DNA of 30,074 bases from Campylobacterales bacterium (GCA_027038335.1 JALVWI010000191.1:6270-36343); one strand, 5' to 3'; shown: positions 8,358 to 17,694, counted from the stretch's first letter. A program made the numbers and translations. The notes: generated by a model not told the origin, from the sequence alone.

Positions 8358-8417
8358 AAATTTTGCAATAGACTTCATTACATTAGCACTACTACAACAA
8401 AGTCTATTGCAAAATTT
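8358..8417 (-). other. Long hairpin: perfect 18-bp inverted repeat plus 7 further pairs on the minus strand
   Basis: AAATTTTGCAATAGACTT (8358-8375) and AAGTCTATTGCAAAATTT (8400-8417) are exact reverse complements. The function is unknown. Confidence 0.85.
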
Positions 8418-8485
8418 AGGTTTAAAGGATTTGAGTTTTAGGGTGAAATTAATTCTAAATACTAAATCCTAAAACCTAAATCCTT
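8414..8485. repeat. Heptamer-based imperfect palindrome (REP-like): five AATCCTA-type units (8451-8485) facing inverted units (8414-8445)
   Basis: Units AATTCTA AATACTA AATCCTA AAACCTA AATCCTT. The left arm ATTTAGGTTTAAAGGATTTGAGTTTTAG is complementary. Homologous to 1558-1597. Confidence 0.85.
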
Positions 8486-8496
8486 TACTCCTTCAT

Positions 8497-10290
8497 TTAG
8501 TCTATCTTCAATACGGATAAAAAAGCTTCCTGCGGAAGTTGTACTTTGCCTATGGCTTTCATTCTTTTTTTACCTGCTTTTTGTTTTTCAAGCAGTTTTC
8601 TTTTTCTGGTTATATCTCCACCGTAACATTTTGCGGTTACATTTTTGCCCATTGATTTTACTGTTTCTCTTGCTATTATTTTATTGCCGATACTGGCTTG
8701 TATGGCTACTTCAAAAAGTTGTCTCGGTACTAACTCTTTCATAGTTTTTACAAGTTCTCTTCCTTTGCTCCCAGCTTTATTTTTTGGAACTATGATGGAA
8801 AGTGCATCTACTATTTCTCCAGCTACTCTTACATCAAGTTTTACTAGATCTCCCTCTTTGTAACCGATAGGCTCATAATCAAAACTTGCATACCCTTTTG
8901 TACTTGATTTAAGCTTATCATAAAAGTCCATCACTATCTCATTCATGGGAAGTAGATACTCTAAAAGTACTCTATCAGTTGTGATATAGTCCATATTTTT
9001 TTGAATTCCTCTTTTGTTGTTTAAAAGAGTTATTATGTTACCTAAAAATTCATTAGGAGTTACAATGGTAGCTTTTACATAAGGCTCGTAAATCTTTTCT
9101 ATCTCATTTACAGGAGGAAGTTCGCTTGGATTTTGTATCTCTATGGTAGTTCCATCGGTTTTTTCAACCTTATATATAACAGTAGGGGCAGTTGCTATGA
9201 GGTCTATACCAAACTCTCTTTCAAGTCTTTCTTTTATAACCTCCATGTGTAAAAGACCCAAAAAACCAACCCTAAAACCAAACCCTAAAGCTGCTGAAGT
9301 TTCTGGCTCATAAGAGATACTAGAGTCATTTAGTTGAAGCTTATCAAGTGCATCTCTAAGATCTTCAAATTTGTCTGTTTCTATGGGATAAATCCCTGCA
9401 AATACAAAAGCTTTTGCTTCCTGAAAACCTTGTATTGCTTTAGCGGTAGGATTTTTGGCATCTGTTATAGTGTCTCCTACTTTTACATCACCTACATTTT
9501 TAAGACCAAGTATAACGATACCTATCTCACCTGTTTTGATACTTTTTGTATCTATCTGCTTTAGAGGATGAGGGTATTTAAGTCCTAAAACTTCATGTTT
9601 TTTTCCGGTACTTACAACAAGTACTTCTTCACCTTTTTTTATCTCTCCGTCAAAAACTCTCACGAGTGCCAATGCTCCAAGATAATTATCAAACCAACTA
9701 TCATATATAAGAGCTTTTAAAGGAGCTTTTTCATCACCGTTTGGCGGTGGGACTTTTTCTATTATGGTATGAAGTAACTCTTTTATACCTATACCGCTTT
9801 TTGCACTAACTTCCAAAGCTTCAGAACAGTCAAGTCCTATGGTGTGCTCTATTTCCTCTTTTACTCTTTTTGGATCAGCTGCAGGTAGGTCTATCTTATT
9901 GATGATAGGGATGATTTCAAGGTCGTGTTCGAGTGCTACATAAACATTTGCTATGGTTTGAGCTTCTACTCCCTGAGAGGCATCTACAACTAGTAGGGCA
10001 CCTTCACAAGAGCCTAAAGACCTACTTACTTCATAAGAAAAGTCAACATGACCGGGAGTATCTATGAGATTTAGGATATATTTTTGTCCGTTTTCTTCAT
10101 AATTTAGTCTAACAGATTGAGCTTTGATGGTGATGCCCCGCTCTTTTTCTATATCCATAGTATCCATCACTTGAGAGCTCATCTCTCTATCGCTGATGGC
10201 ACCGCATTCACTTATAAGTCTATCAGCAAGTGTACTTTTGCCATGATCTATATGAGCTATGATAGAAAAGTTTCTAATATTTTGTTGCAT
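8497..10290 (-). CDS. lepA: Elongation factor 4 (LepA)
   Basis: [53 protein letters not shown]. Confidence 0.99.
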   Translation of the reverse strand: MQQNIRNFSIIAHIDHGKSTLADRLISECGAISDREMSSQVMDTMDIEKERGITIKAQSVRLNYEENGQKYILNLIDTPGHVDFSYEVSRSLGSCEGALLVVDASQGVEAQTIANVYVALEHDLEIIPIINKIDLPAADPKRVKEEIEHTIGLDCSEALEVSAKSGIGIKELLHTIIEKVPPPNGDEKAPLKALIYDSWFDNYLGALALVRVFDGEIKKGEEVLVVSTGKKHEVLGLKYPHPLKQIDTKSIKTGEIGIVILGLKNVGDVKVGDTITDAKNPTAKAIQGFQEAKAFVFAGIYPIETDKFEDLRDALDKLQLNDSSISYEPETSAALGFGFRVGFLGLLHMEVIKERLEREFGIDLIATAPTVIYKVEKTDGTTIEIQNPSELPPVNEIEKIYEPYVKATIVTPNEFLGNIITLLNNKRGIQKNMDYITTDRVLLEYLLPMNEIVMDFYDKLKSSTKGYASFDYEPIGYKEGDLVKLDVRVAGEIVDALSIIVPKNKAGSKGRELVKTMKELVPRQLFEVAIQASIGNKIIARETVKSMGKNVTAKCYGGDITRKRKLLEKQKAGKKRMKAIGKVQLPQEAFLSVLKID

Positions 10291-11219
10291 TAAACAAATA
10301 ACCCATTTACACTTTCATTGTGATATACTCTTCTGATAACTTCAGCAAATAAAGGTGCTACGCTTAAAACTGTTATTTTGTTACTATTTGATTTTAAGGG
10401 GATGGTATCAGAAACTATCAATTCATCAAGTTCGCTTTTATCTATCCTCTCATAAGCTGGACCGCTTAAAACTGCATGAGTACAACATGCCATAACACTT
10501 GAGGCACCTTTTCCTTTTAAAACAGAAGCTGCTTTTGTGATAGTTCCGGCAGTATCTATCATATCATCTACTAAAATGACATCTTTTCCTTCTACATCAC
10601 CTATGATATTCATTACTTCGCACTCATTTGCCTTTTCTCTTCTTTTGTCAACTATAACCATATCGACACCAAGTTTTTTAGCAAATGCTCTAGCTCTTGC
10701 AACTCCTCCTATATCTGGGCTTGCAATGATAGGATTTTTGAGATTTTTTCTCTTAACATAGTCCAAAAATATAATGTTACCATACAAATTATCAACAGGT
10801 ATATCAAAAAATCCCTGAATTTGACCGGCATGCAAATCTATAGTAACAACTCTGTCGATCCCCGCTGTTTGTAAAAGATTGGCAACAAGTTTAGCTGTGA
10901 TAGGAACTCTAGGAGCAGCTTTCCTATCTTGTCTAGCATATCCAAAATAAGGCATGATAGCAGTTATAGAGTTAGCCGAACTTCTTCTAAGAGCATCGGT
11001 CATGATAAGTATCTCCATAAGAGTATCATTGGCCGGTGCACAAGTGGGTTGTACCACAAATACATCTTTGCCTCTTACACTTTCGCTTATTTGCACACCT
11101 ATTTCACCATCACTAAATCTCCTGATAGTAGCATCTGAAAGCGGTAAAGTTAAATGTTTGGCAACTTTTTTTGCAAATTCCTCATTGGCAGTACCCGAAA
11201 AGACTTTATATCCTCTCAT
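10290..11219 (-). CDS. prs: Ribose-phosphate pyrophosphokinase
   Basis: [57 protein letters not shown]. The stop overlaps the lepA ATG. Confidence 0.99.
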   Translation of the reverse strand: MRGYKVFSGTANEEFAKKVAKHLTLPLSDATIRRFSDGEIGVQISESVRGKDVFVVQPTCAPANDTLMEILIMTDALRRSSANSITAIMPYFGYARQDRKAAPRVPITAKLVANLLQTAGIDRVVTIDLHAGQIQGFFDIPVDNLYGNIIFLDYVKRKNLKNPIIASPDIGGVARARAFAKKLGVDMVIVDKRREKANECEVMNIIGDVEGKDVILVDDMIDTAGTITKAASVLKGKGASSVMACCTHAVLSGPAYERIDKSELDELIVSDTIPLKSNSNKITVLSVAPLFAEVIRRVYHNESVNGLFV

Positions 11220-11251
11220 TTTATTGATCCTTATAGATAAAATATGGGTGT

Positions 11252-11257
11252 ATTATA
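11252..11257 (-). promoter_or_regulatory. Probable sigma-70 -10 box for prs-lepA
   Basis: TATAAT on the minus strand about 32 bp upstream of the prs ATG, in the short nitroreductase-prs gap. Confidence 0.5.
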
Positions 11258-11264
11258 CTTTATA

Positions 11265-11900
11265 CTACTTAATAAACTCATAAACTTCATCAGCTTTAAG
11301 TCTTATCCTTTTTGGTTGAGGATTTACTCTATATCCAAACGGTAGTAGTAGTGCTATTTGAAACTTTTTTATATCAAGATTTAAAATTTTTTCCACCTCT
11401 TGTCTATCCATTCCTTCTATCGGACAAGAATCTATACCTTTTACCGCAGCAGCAGTCATCATATTTGCAGAAGCTATATAACACTGTTTTGAACTCCATG
11501 CATAAAGTGTCTCATCATTTTCCAATATGCCTGTTTTTTCCAAATGACTTTTATAGAGTTCTACATACTTTTTTATCATATCCTGAGGTAAGTCTCTTCT
11601 TTGAAATCTTTTAGTAGGTATTCCACTTTGAGGTTTTAAACTATCAATAGCCGCAAGGATGACAACAAGATGTGAACAAGTAGTTATCTGAGGTTGATCC
11701 CAACAGTGCGGTCTTATCCTTTTTTTAAGCTCATCATTTGTGATAACTAAAAATTTCCACCCCTCTTGACCAAAAGATGAGGGAGAGTTTCTTCCTGCTT
11801 CTAGGATAAATAATATATCTTCATCATTTATCTTTTTTGTTTCATCAAATAGTTTACACGCATGTCTAAAATCCATCGCTTCTTTAAAACTTTTATCCAT
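11265..11900 (-). CDS. Nitroreductase-family NAD(P)H-dependent flavin oxidoreductase (NfsB/FrxA-like)
   Basis: FRHACKLFD, GRNSPSSFGQEGWKFLVI, DQPQITTCSHLVV, GIDSCPIEG, LPFGYR. Confidence 0.9.
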   Translation of the reverse strand: MDKSFKEAMDFRHACKLFDETKKINDEDILFILEAGRNSPSSFGQEGWKFLVITNDELKKRIRPHCWDQPQITTCSHLVVILAAIDSLKPQSGIPTKRFQRRDLPQDMIKKYVELYKSHLEKTGILENDETLYAWSSKQCYIASANMMTAAAVKGIDSCPIEGMDRQEVEKILNLDIKKFQIALLLPFGYRVNPQPKRIRLKADEVYEFIK

Positions 11901-11912
11901 TAAATATCTCCT

Positions 11913-12230
11913 TCAAGTAAAAAATATAGCTAACCATATAGTAGTTTGCTCTAAAGCAGTATAACTTACTCTATGCTTTTTATGCTTTGGTATAAGAAGA
12001 TAATCTCCACTCTTTAAAGTAACTATTTTATCTTCAAACTCGATCTCTGCTTTTCCCTCAAATAGTAAAACAAATTCATTCTCCTCTTGATCATACCAAA
12101 AATCTACAGCTGAGGTTTGACCGTAAGAGACAATTCTTTCTATTTTAATATCTCTATTTTGAAATAGAGTATTAAAAATCTCCTTCTTGCTTGTTGGCGG
12201 AATATTATCAAAAATATTACTCAATTTCAA
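11913..12230 (-). CDS. Cupin-domain protein
   Basis: IKIERIVSYGQ...WYDQEENEFVLLFEGKAEIEF...GDYLLIPKHKKHRVSYT cupin pattern. TTG start overlapping the yaaA end. Confidence 0.85.
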   Translation of the reverse strand: MKLSNIFDNIPPTSKKEIFNTLFQNRDIKIERIVSYGQTSAVDFWYDQEENEFVLLFEGKAEIEFEDKIVTLKSGDYLLIPKHKKHRVSYTALEQTTIWLAIFFT

Positions 12231-12957
12231 AAGTTAACTCTTTTTTATTTTTTATCTCTTTTATCTCTTTGATTTTTAGATTGTTAAACTCTATTTGCAT
12301 CAATTCTTTCTCATTTTTAGGCTGATATATTGCCAATTCTCTTGCTATTTTTCCACGATATGCTTTTGCCCAATGACTTACGACTTTAGAGTTTTTTAAA
12401 AATTTAAAAGTATAGTATTTTTTGCTAGGAAGATAAAATTTTTCATAAAAAGTTGCTCTTAAGTCTATAACAAGTTCGTTTTTAAGATATTTATCCAAAG
12501 AGAATGAAAACTCTTTTTTATAAAAGTTTTCAAAAGCAAAGTTTTCAACCCTCTCACCCTGCTTAAGTTTATAATAAGGAATACAAGTTTTTGCTAAGAT
12601 TGGACCAAAAAGGTTGGAAAATATTATCATATTATTATCTAAAAATTCCTGTTCACTCTTTCTTAAAGTAGGATATGAAAGGTACTCATATCCTACTCCG
12701 TTATATCTTAGTATTGCTTTTTGTGTTTTATCTTTAAATATATCTATATCTTCAAGAGTTTTAAGTAATTTTTCATTTTTTATACCAAAAAGTTTTTTTA
12801 GTTCATCTTTAGAAGCATTATTTATAAAATTTTGATATTTTTTTGTGGCAAATCCTCGTTTTTTTATAAGTTTATCAAATAAAAAAGTTTCCAATTGCAA
12901 ACTATCACAAGAACTTTCTAGAGATTTTGATTCACTTGGTGAAAAAAGTATTTTCAT
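12217..12957 (-). CDS. yaaA: YaaA/DUF328-family peroxide-stress protein
   Basis: ILFSPSESK, AILRYNGVGYEYL, IFSNLFGPI...IPYYKLKQG, VVSHWAKAYRG. Confidence 0.85.
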   Translation of the reverse strand: MKILFSPSESKSLESSCDSLQLETFLFDKLIKKRGFATKKYQNFINNASKDELKKLFGIKNEKLLKTLEDIDIFKDKTQKAILRYNGVGYEYLSYPTLRKSEQEFLDNNMIIFSNLFGPILAKTCIPYYKLKQGERVENFAFENFYKKEFSFSLDKYLKNELVIDLRATFYEKFYLPSKKYYTFKFLKNSKVVSHWAKAYRGKIARELAIYQPKNEKELMQIEFNNLKIKEIKEIKNKKELTFEIE

Positions 12958-12980
12958 GTAATAATTCCTATTTTTGTAAA

Positions 12981-12989
12981 ATTATATCA
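12981..12989 (-). promoter_or_regulatory. Extended -10 promoter (TGaTATAAT) for yaaA-cupin-nitroreductase
   Basis: Minus strand TGATATAAT about 23 bp upstream of the yaaA ATG, with an AGGA RBS in between. Confidence 0.65.
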
Positions 12990-13017
12990 AAATATTTTTC
13001 AATATCTTATAATTCTA

Positions 13018-13046
13018 TTGACATTATTGGAAATTTAAAGTATAAT
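13018..13046 (+). promoter_or_regulatory. Consensus sigma-70 promoter of the tRNA-tuf operon
   Basis: TTGACA, 17-bp spacer, TATAAT, about 21 bp before tRNA-Thr. Confidence 0.9.
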
Positions 13047-13067
13047 TTCACCTCATTTTTAAGAGGT

Positions 13068-13143
<76 letters not shown>

Positions 13144-13199
13144 TTTTCTTAAAATTTGAGACAGTGTTTGACCAGATATAATATAGTAAACGGCAATAG

Positions 13200-13285
13200 G
13201 GTGAGATACTCAAGCGGCCAACGAGGGCAGACTGTAAATCTGCTGGTTTTTACCTTCGGAGGTTCGAATCCTCCTCTCACCACCA
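13200..13285 (+). tRNA. tRNA-Tyr(GTA)
   Basis: GGTGAGA/TCTCACC, GCAGA-CTGTAAA-TCTGC, long variable arm, encoded CCA. Confidence 0.97.
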
Positions 13286-13294
13286 TTACTATAA

Positions 13295-13371
13295 GCGGGA
13301 GTAGCTCAGTTGGCTAGAGCATCAGCCTTCCAAGCTGAGGGTCGCCGGTTCGAGCCCGGTTTCCCGCTCCA
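13295..13371 (+). tRNA. tRNA-Gly(TCC)
   Basis: GCGGGAG/TTCCCGC, TCAGC-CTTCCAA-GCTGA, encoded CCA. Confidence 0.97.
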
Positions 13372-13492
13372 TATCAAAACTGGGAGCTGTTGTAAGAAAA
13401 TTTGATCTTTCGCAAAAGTATCACATTCTGCAACTTTTTAAAGCCCCTCATTTTTGATATTTGGTTTTTTATTGGTAGTTATATGAGAGTTT

Positions 13493-13567
<75 letters not shown>

Positions 13568-13663
13568 TTACAATTTAGAAAAAGAAAGTTTCGGCCGAAG
13601 CTTTTAACTTACATATCTATGCCAAAGATGTAAGTAAAAACAAAATTACCCACGGAGGAAAAG

Positions 13664-14863
13664 ATGGCAAAAGAGAAATACGAAAGAACCAAACCACATG
13701 TAAACATAGGTACCATAGGTCATGTTGATCACGGTAAAACAACTTTAACAGCTGCAATTTCTGCGGTACTTGCTGAAAAAGGTCTTGCTGAAAAAAGAGA
13801 TTTTGATCAGATAGATAATGCTCCAGAAGAGAGAGAAAGAGGTATTACTATCGCTACTTCTCATATAGAGTATGAAACAGATAATAGACACTATGCTCAT
13901 GTTGATTGTCCCGGACACGCTGATTATGTTAAAAATATGATCACAGGTGCTGCACAAATGGATGGTGCTATACTAGTTGTTAGTGCTGCTGATGGTCCTA
14001 TGCCTCAAACTAGAGAGCACATACTACTTTCAAGACAAGTCGGTGTTCCTTATATAGTAGTTTTCATGAACAAAGCTGATATGGTTGATGATGAAGAACT
14101 ACTTGAGCTAGTTGAAATGGAGATAAGAGAATTGCTTGACGAGTATCAATTCCCCGGAGATGATACACCAATCGTTGCAGGTTCAGCTCTTAAAGCTCTA
14201 GAAGAAGTAAAAGCCGGTCAAACAGGTGAATGGAGTGAAAAAATACTTGAACTTATGAAAGAAGTTGATGAGTATATTCCAACTCCAGAAAGAGATACTG
14301 ATAAAGATTTCTTGATGCCTGTTGAAGATGTTTTCTCAATCTCAGGAAGAGGAACAGTTGTAACAGGTAGAATCGAAAGAGGTGTTGTAAAAGTTGGAGA
14401 TGAGATAGAAATAGTAGGTATCAAGCCAACTCAAAAAACAGTTGTAACCGGTGTTGAAATGTTTAGAAAAGAGCTAGACCAAGGTGTTGCCGGTGATAAC
14501 TGCGGTGTACTTTTAAGAGGAACTAAAAAAGAAGATGTTGAAAGAGGAATGGTACTTTGTAAACCGGGCTCAATAACTCCTCATACTAAATTTGAAGCTG
14601 AAGTTTATATCTTAACTAAAGAAGAGGGTGGAAGACATACTCCTTTCTTTAACAATTATAGACCTCAATTTTATGTAAGAACAACTGATGTTACAGGTTC
14701 TATCACATTACCGGAGGGTACTGAGATGGTTATGCCGGGTGATAATGTAAAGATTTCTGTTGAATTGATTGCTCCAATCGCTATGGAGGAAGGTACTAGA
14801 TTTGCTATCAGAGAAGGTGGTAGAACAGTCGGTGCCGGTGTTGTTTCAAAAATAATAGAATAA
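13664..14863 (+). CDS. tuf: Elongation factor Tu
   Basis: [54 protein letters not shown]. Confidence 0.99.
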   Translation: MAKEKYERTKPHVNIGTIGHVDHGKTTLTAAISAVLAEKGLAEKRDFDQIDNAPEERERGITIATSHIEYETDNRHYAHVDCPGHADYVKNMITGAAQMDGAILVVSAADGPMPQTREHILLSRQVGVPYIVVFMNKADMVDDEELLELVEMEIRELLDEYQFPGDDTPIVAGSALKALEEVKAGQTGEWSEKILELMKEVDEYIPTPERDTDKDFLMPVEDVFSISGRGTVVTGRIERGVVKVGDEIEIVGIKPTQKTVVTGVEMFRKELDQGVAGDNCGVLLRGTKKEDVERGMVLCKPGSITPHTKFEAEVYILTKEEGGRHTPFFNNYRPQFYVRTTDVTGSITLPEGTEMVMPGDNVKISVELIAPIAMEEGTRFAIREGGRTVGAGVVSKIIE

Positions 14864-14876
14864 TTTATTTTATTTT

Positions 14877-14898
14877 ACGGGGCTTATGCCCCGTTTTT
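14877..14898 (+). terminator. Intrinsic terminator after tuf
   Basis: ACGGGGC-TTAT-GCCCCGT followed by TTTT. Confidence 0.8.
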
Positions 14899-14920
14899 AT
14901 ATTGATATTAAGGATATTGA

Positions 14921-15079
14921 ATGAGAGTTAAGATCGGTTTAAAATGTACAGAATGTGGTGATATAAATTATACAACTACAAAAAATAGTAAAACTCATTC
15001 TGAAAAATTTGAAGTAAGAAAATATAGTCCAAGACTCAAAAAACATACACTTCATAAAGAAGTTAAGTTAAAATCATAG
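14921..15079 (+). CDS. rpmG: 50S ribosomal protein L33 (52 aa; absent from the ORF track)
   Basis: Manual translation: [60 protein letters not shown]. Confidence 0.97.
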   Translation: MRVKIGLKCTECGDINYTTTKNSKTHSEKFEVRKYSPRLKKHTLHKEVKLKS

Positions 15080-15101
15080 TTTTAGATTTATTCTAAAAAA
15101 T

Positions 15102-15178
15102 AGGGCAGTAGCTCCAATTGGTAGAGCGCCGGATTCCAAATCCGATGGCTGGGGGTTCGAGTCCCTCCTGCCCTGCCA
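15102..15178 (+). tRNA. tRNA-Trp(CCA)
   Basis: AGGGCAG/CTGCCCT, CCGGA-TTCCAAA-TCCGA, encoded CCA. Sits in the usual rpmG-trpT-secE position. Confidence 0.96.
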
Positions 15179-15194
15179 CCGTAAGGATATATAT

Positions 15195-15374
15195 ATGGAT
15201 AAAATAATAAGTTACATAAAACATTCAAGAGCTGAATTAACAAAAGTAATATTTCCTACTAAAGAACAAGTTAGAAATGCTTTTGTATCAGTAGTGGTAG
15301 TTGTAACAGTTGTTGCTATGTTTTTAGCTTTGATTGATTTGATTATGTCATTTACACTCTCACACATAGCATAG
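15195..15374 (+). CDS. secE: Preprotein translocase subunit SecE (59 aa; absent from the ORF track)
   Basis: MDKIISYIKHSRAELTKVIFPTKEQVRNAFVSVVVVVTVVAMFLALIDLIMSFTLSHIA*, with the EL.KV.FP motif and one TM helix. Confidence 0.96.
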   Translation: MDKIISYIKHSRAELTKVIFPTKEQVRNAFVSVVVVVTVVAMFLALIDLIMSFTLSHIA

Positions 15375-15387
15375 GAGAAGGTTCAAT

Positions 15388-15918
15388 ATGTCGTTAAAAT
15401 GGTATGCAATTCAAACCTATGCAGGAAGTGAACAAAGTGTAAAAGAGGCTATAAAAAATTTAGCCGTTCAATATGGTATAGAAGATAAATTGGGTGAAGT
15501 AGTAGTTCCGACTGAAGATGTTATAGAGATAAAAAACGGTAAAAAAAAGATAAGTGAAAGAAGTTTATATTCCGGATATGTTTTTGCTCAAATAGATCTT
15601 GATACAAATTTTTGGCAAAAGATACAATCACTTCCAAGAGTGAGTAGATTTATCGGAGAATCAAAAAAACCTACACCACTTACTGATAAAGATATAGAAC
15701 TTATACTTGAAAAAGCTAATAAAAAAGGTGATCCTAGACCTAAAGTTTCATTTGATGAAGGTGAAAATGTTAGGATTATTGAAGGACCTTTTGCAAACTT
15801 TATAGGTGTGGTCGAAGAGTATGATATGGAGCATGGAAAATTAAAACTTAATGTTTCCATTTTTGGAAGAAGTACTCCTGTGGAGATACTTTATTCACAA
15901 GTTGAAAAAATTATATAG
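15388..15918 (+). CDS. nusG: Transcription factor NusG
   Basis: WYAIQTYAGSE NGN domain, KOW motif VRIIEGPFANFIG, VSIFGRSTPVE. Confidence 0.99.
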   Translation: MSLKWYAIQTYAGSEQSVKEAIKNLAVQYGIEDKLGEVVVPTEDVIEIKNGKKKISERSLYSGYVFAQIDLDTNFWQKIQSLPRVSRFIGESKKPTPLTDKDIELILEKANKKGDPRPKVSFDEGENVRIIEGPFANFIGVVEEYDMEHGKLKLNVSIFGRSTPVEILYSQVEKII

Positions 15919-15930
15919 CAAAGGAAAGAA

Positions 15931-16356
15931 ATGGCTAAAAAAGTTACAGGTGAAATAAAGCTTCAAATTGAAGCCGGCAAAGCAAATCCTTCACCACCTG
16001 TTGGACCGGCACTTGGTCAACAAGGTGTAAACATAATGGAGTTTTGTAAAGCTTTTAATGAAAAAACAAAAGATATGATGGGATTTAAAATTCCTGTTGT
16101 TATCACTGTTTATGCTGATAGAAGTTTTACTTTTATTACAAAACAGCCACCGGCTTCTGATCTTATCAAGAAAGCTGCAAATATCAAAAAGGGAAGCGAT
16201 AACCCTTTGAAAAATAAAGTTGGAAAACTTACTCGTGCTCAAGTTGAAGAAATTGTTGCAAAAAAAATAGCAGATCTCAATACTAAAGATGTAGCTGCCG
16301 CTTCAAAGATCATTGAGGGTAGTGCTAGAAGTATGGGCATAGAGATAGTTGACTAA
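15931..16356 (+). CDS. rplK: 50S ribosomal protein L11
   Basis: [28 protein letters not shown]. Confidence 0.99.
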   Translation: MAKKVTGEIKLQIEAGKANPSPPVGPALGQQGVNIMEFCKAFNEKTKDMMGFKIPVVITVYADRSFTFITKQPPASDLIKKAANIKKGSDNPLKNKVGKLTRAQVEEIVAKKIADLNTKDVAAASKIIEGSARSMGIEIVD

Positions 16357-16366
16357 TATACCCCAA

Positions 16367-16388
16367 CCACATGGGATAATGTGGAAGC
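16367..16388 (+). promoter_or_regulatory. Hairpin in the rplK-rplA spacer, candidate L1 autoregulatory site
   Basis: CCACAT-GGGATA-ATGTGG stem-loop followed by AAGC. The position fits L1 feedback, but the full motif was not verified. Confidence 0.3.
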
Positions 16389-16411
16389 AAAAAAAATGCG
16401 GAGAAAAATAG

Positions 16412-17116
16412 ATGGCAAAAAAGATTTCAAAAAGATTTCAAGAATTAAACAAAAGATTTGATAAAAATTCAACTTATCAAAAAGATGAAGCAGTAGAAGT
16501 TGTTAAAAACTTAGCTTCAGCTAAATTTGATGAGACTGTAGAGGTTGCACTTAAACTAAATGTAGATCCTAGACATGCTGATCAAATGGTAAGAGGTTCA
16601 GTTGTTCTTCCTGCGGGAACAGGTAAAAAAGTAAGAGTTGCGGTAGTAGCAAAAGATGCAAAAGCAGACGAAGCGAAAGAGGCTGGAGCAGATTTGGTCG
16701 GTGCTGAAGAATTGATACAAGATATTCAATCAGGTAAAATAGACTTTGATGTACTTATTGCAACACCAAACATGATGGGTTTGGTTGGAAAAGTAGGTAG
16801 AACTTTAGGACCAAAAGGTTTGATGCCAAATCCTAAAACCGGAACAGTTACTATGGATGTTGCTCAAGCTGTAAAAAATGCTAAAGGCGGACAAGTTAAT
16901 TTTAGAGTTGATAAGCAGGGAAATATTCATGCAGGAATTGGTAAAGCAAGTTTTACAAAAGAGCAATTGAATGATAATCTAACTACTTTTATAAGAGCAA
17001 TAAACAAGCATAAGCCCGCATCTTCTAAAGGAAGATATATAAAAAATGCAGCTTTATCTTTAACAATGAGTCCGTCAGTACAGTTAGATGTACTTGAACT
17101 AATGGATATAAAATAA
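16412..17116 (+). CDS. rplA: 50S ribosomal protein L1
   Basis: [42 protein letters not shown]. Confidence 0.99.
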   Translation: MAKKISKRFQELNKRFDKNSTYQKDEAVEVVKNLASAKFDETVEVALKLNVDPRHADQMVRGSVVLPAGTGKKVRVAVVAKDAKADEAKEAGADLVGAEELIQDIQSGKIDFDVLIATPNMMGLVGKVGRTLGPKGLMPNPKTGTVTMDVAQAVKNAKGGQVNFRVDKQGNIHAGIGKASFTKEQLNDNLTTFIRAINKHKPASSKGRYIKNAALSLTMSPSVQLDVLELMDIK

Positions 17117-17125
17117 TTAATCTTA

Positions 17126-17181
17126 AAACTGAAGACAGCAGGTTGGGATACTCCTTATCCCTATAAATCCCGCCGAAGTTT
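17126..17181 (+). promoter_or_regulatory. L10 leader (L10/L12 autoregulatory RNA)
   Basis: AAACT-GAAGACAGCAGG...CCCGCCGAAGTTT has the AGACAG(C/U)AGG...CC(U/C)(A/G)CCGA(A/G)G signature directly upstream of rplJ. Confidence 0.8.
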
Positions 17182-17202
17182 GATGTTTTGAAAGGAGAAA
17201 AA

Positions 17203-17694
17203 ATGCTAACAAGAAGTCAAAAAGCTAAGATTATCGACAATCTAGCAAATGAGTTCAAATCTGCCGGTGCAGTTGTAATCTGCGGATTTACCGGAATAAC
17301 TCATAAGCAACTTGAAGCTTTAAGACAGCATGCTGATGAAAATAATACAAAAGTTAGAGTTGTAAAAAACACTTTTGTAACATTGGCTGCCGAAAAAGCA
17401 GATATGGACAAAATAAATGTTGTTGAAAACAATCTTGCAATTTGGTCTGATGATCAAATTTCAGCATGTAAAGTTGCTGATAAATTTGCAAGTGCCAACA
17501 AAGATAAATTTGTTATAAAAGCCGGTTATCTTGAAGGAAAAATTGCTGATGTTGCTACGATCAATGCAATGGCTAAATTACCTAGTCGTGATGAATTACT
17601 TGGTATGTTGCTATCTGTTTGGACTGCACCTGCAAGAAACTTTGTTACCGGACTTGATAATTTACGAGCTAAGCTTGAAGAAAATGCTGCATAA
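17203..17694 (+). CDS. rplJ: 50S ribosomal protein L10
   Basis: MLTRSQK..., VRVVKNT, AKLPSRDELLGMLLSV. The start is moved to the ATG at 17203, after AAAGGAG. Confidence 0.97.
   Translation: MLTRSQKAKIIDNLANEFKSAGAVVICGFTGITHKQLEALRQHADENNTKVRVVKNTFVTLAAEKADMDKINVVENNLAIWSDDQISACKVADKFASANKDKFVIKAGYLEGKIADVATINAMAKLPSRDELLGMLLSVWTAPARNFVTGLDNLRAKLEENAA

Noticed and set aside
1541-8485. Heptamer arrays or hairpins as CRISPR remnants
   Set aside because: There is no repeat-spacer periodicity with unique spacers, and no cas genes in the window.
12958-13017. Possible Fur/PerR box upstream of yaaA
   Set aside because: The region is very AT-rich with only partial ATAAT/ATTAT half-sites. It cannot be distinguished from background by eye.
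13156-13182. TTGAGA...TATAAT as an internal promoter before tRNA-Tyr
   Set aside because: The spacing is only 15 bp and a perfect promoter exists just upstream, so support is insufficient.
15129-15145. C-A mismatch at the top of the tRNA-Trp anticodon stem (CCGGA/TCCGA)
   Set aside because: A single terminal mismatch in an otherwise canonical tRNA. I recall it as common in this phylum, and there is no sign of pseudogenisation or recoding.
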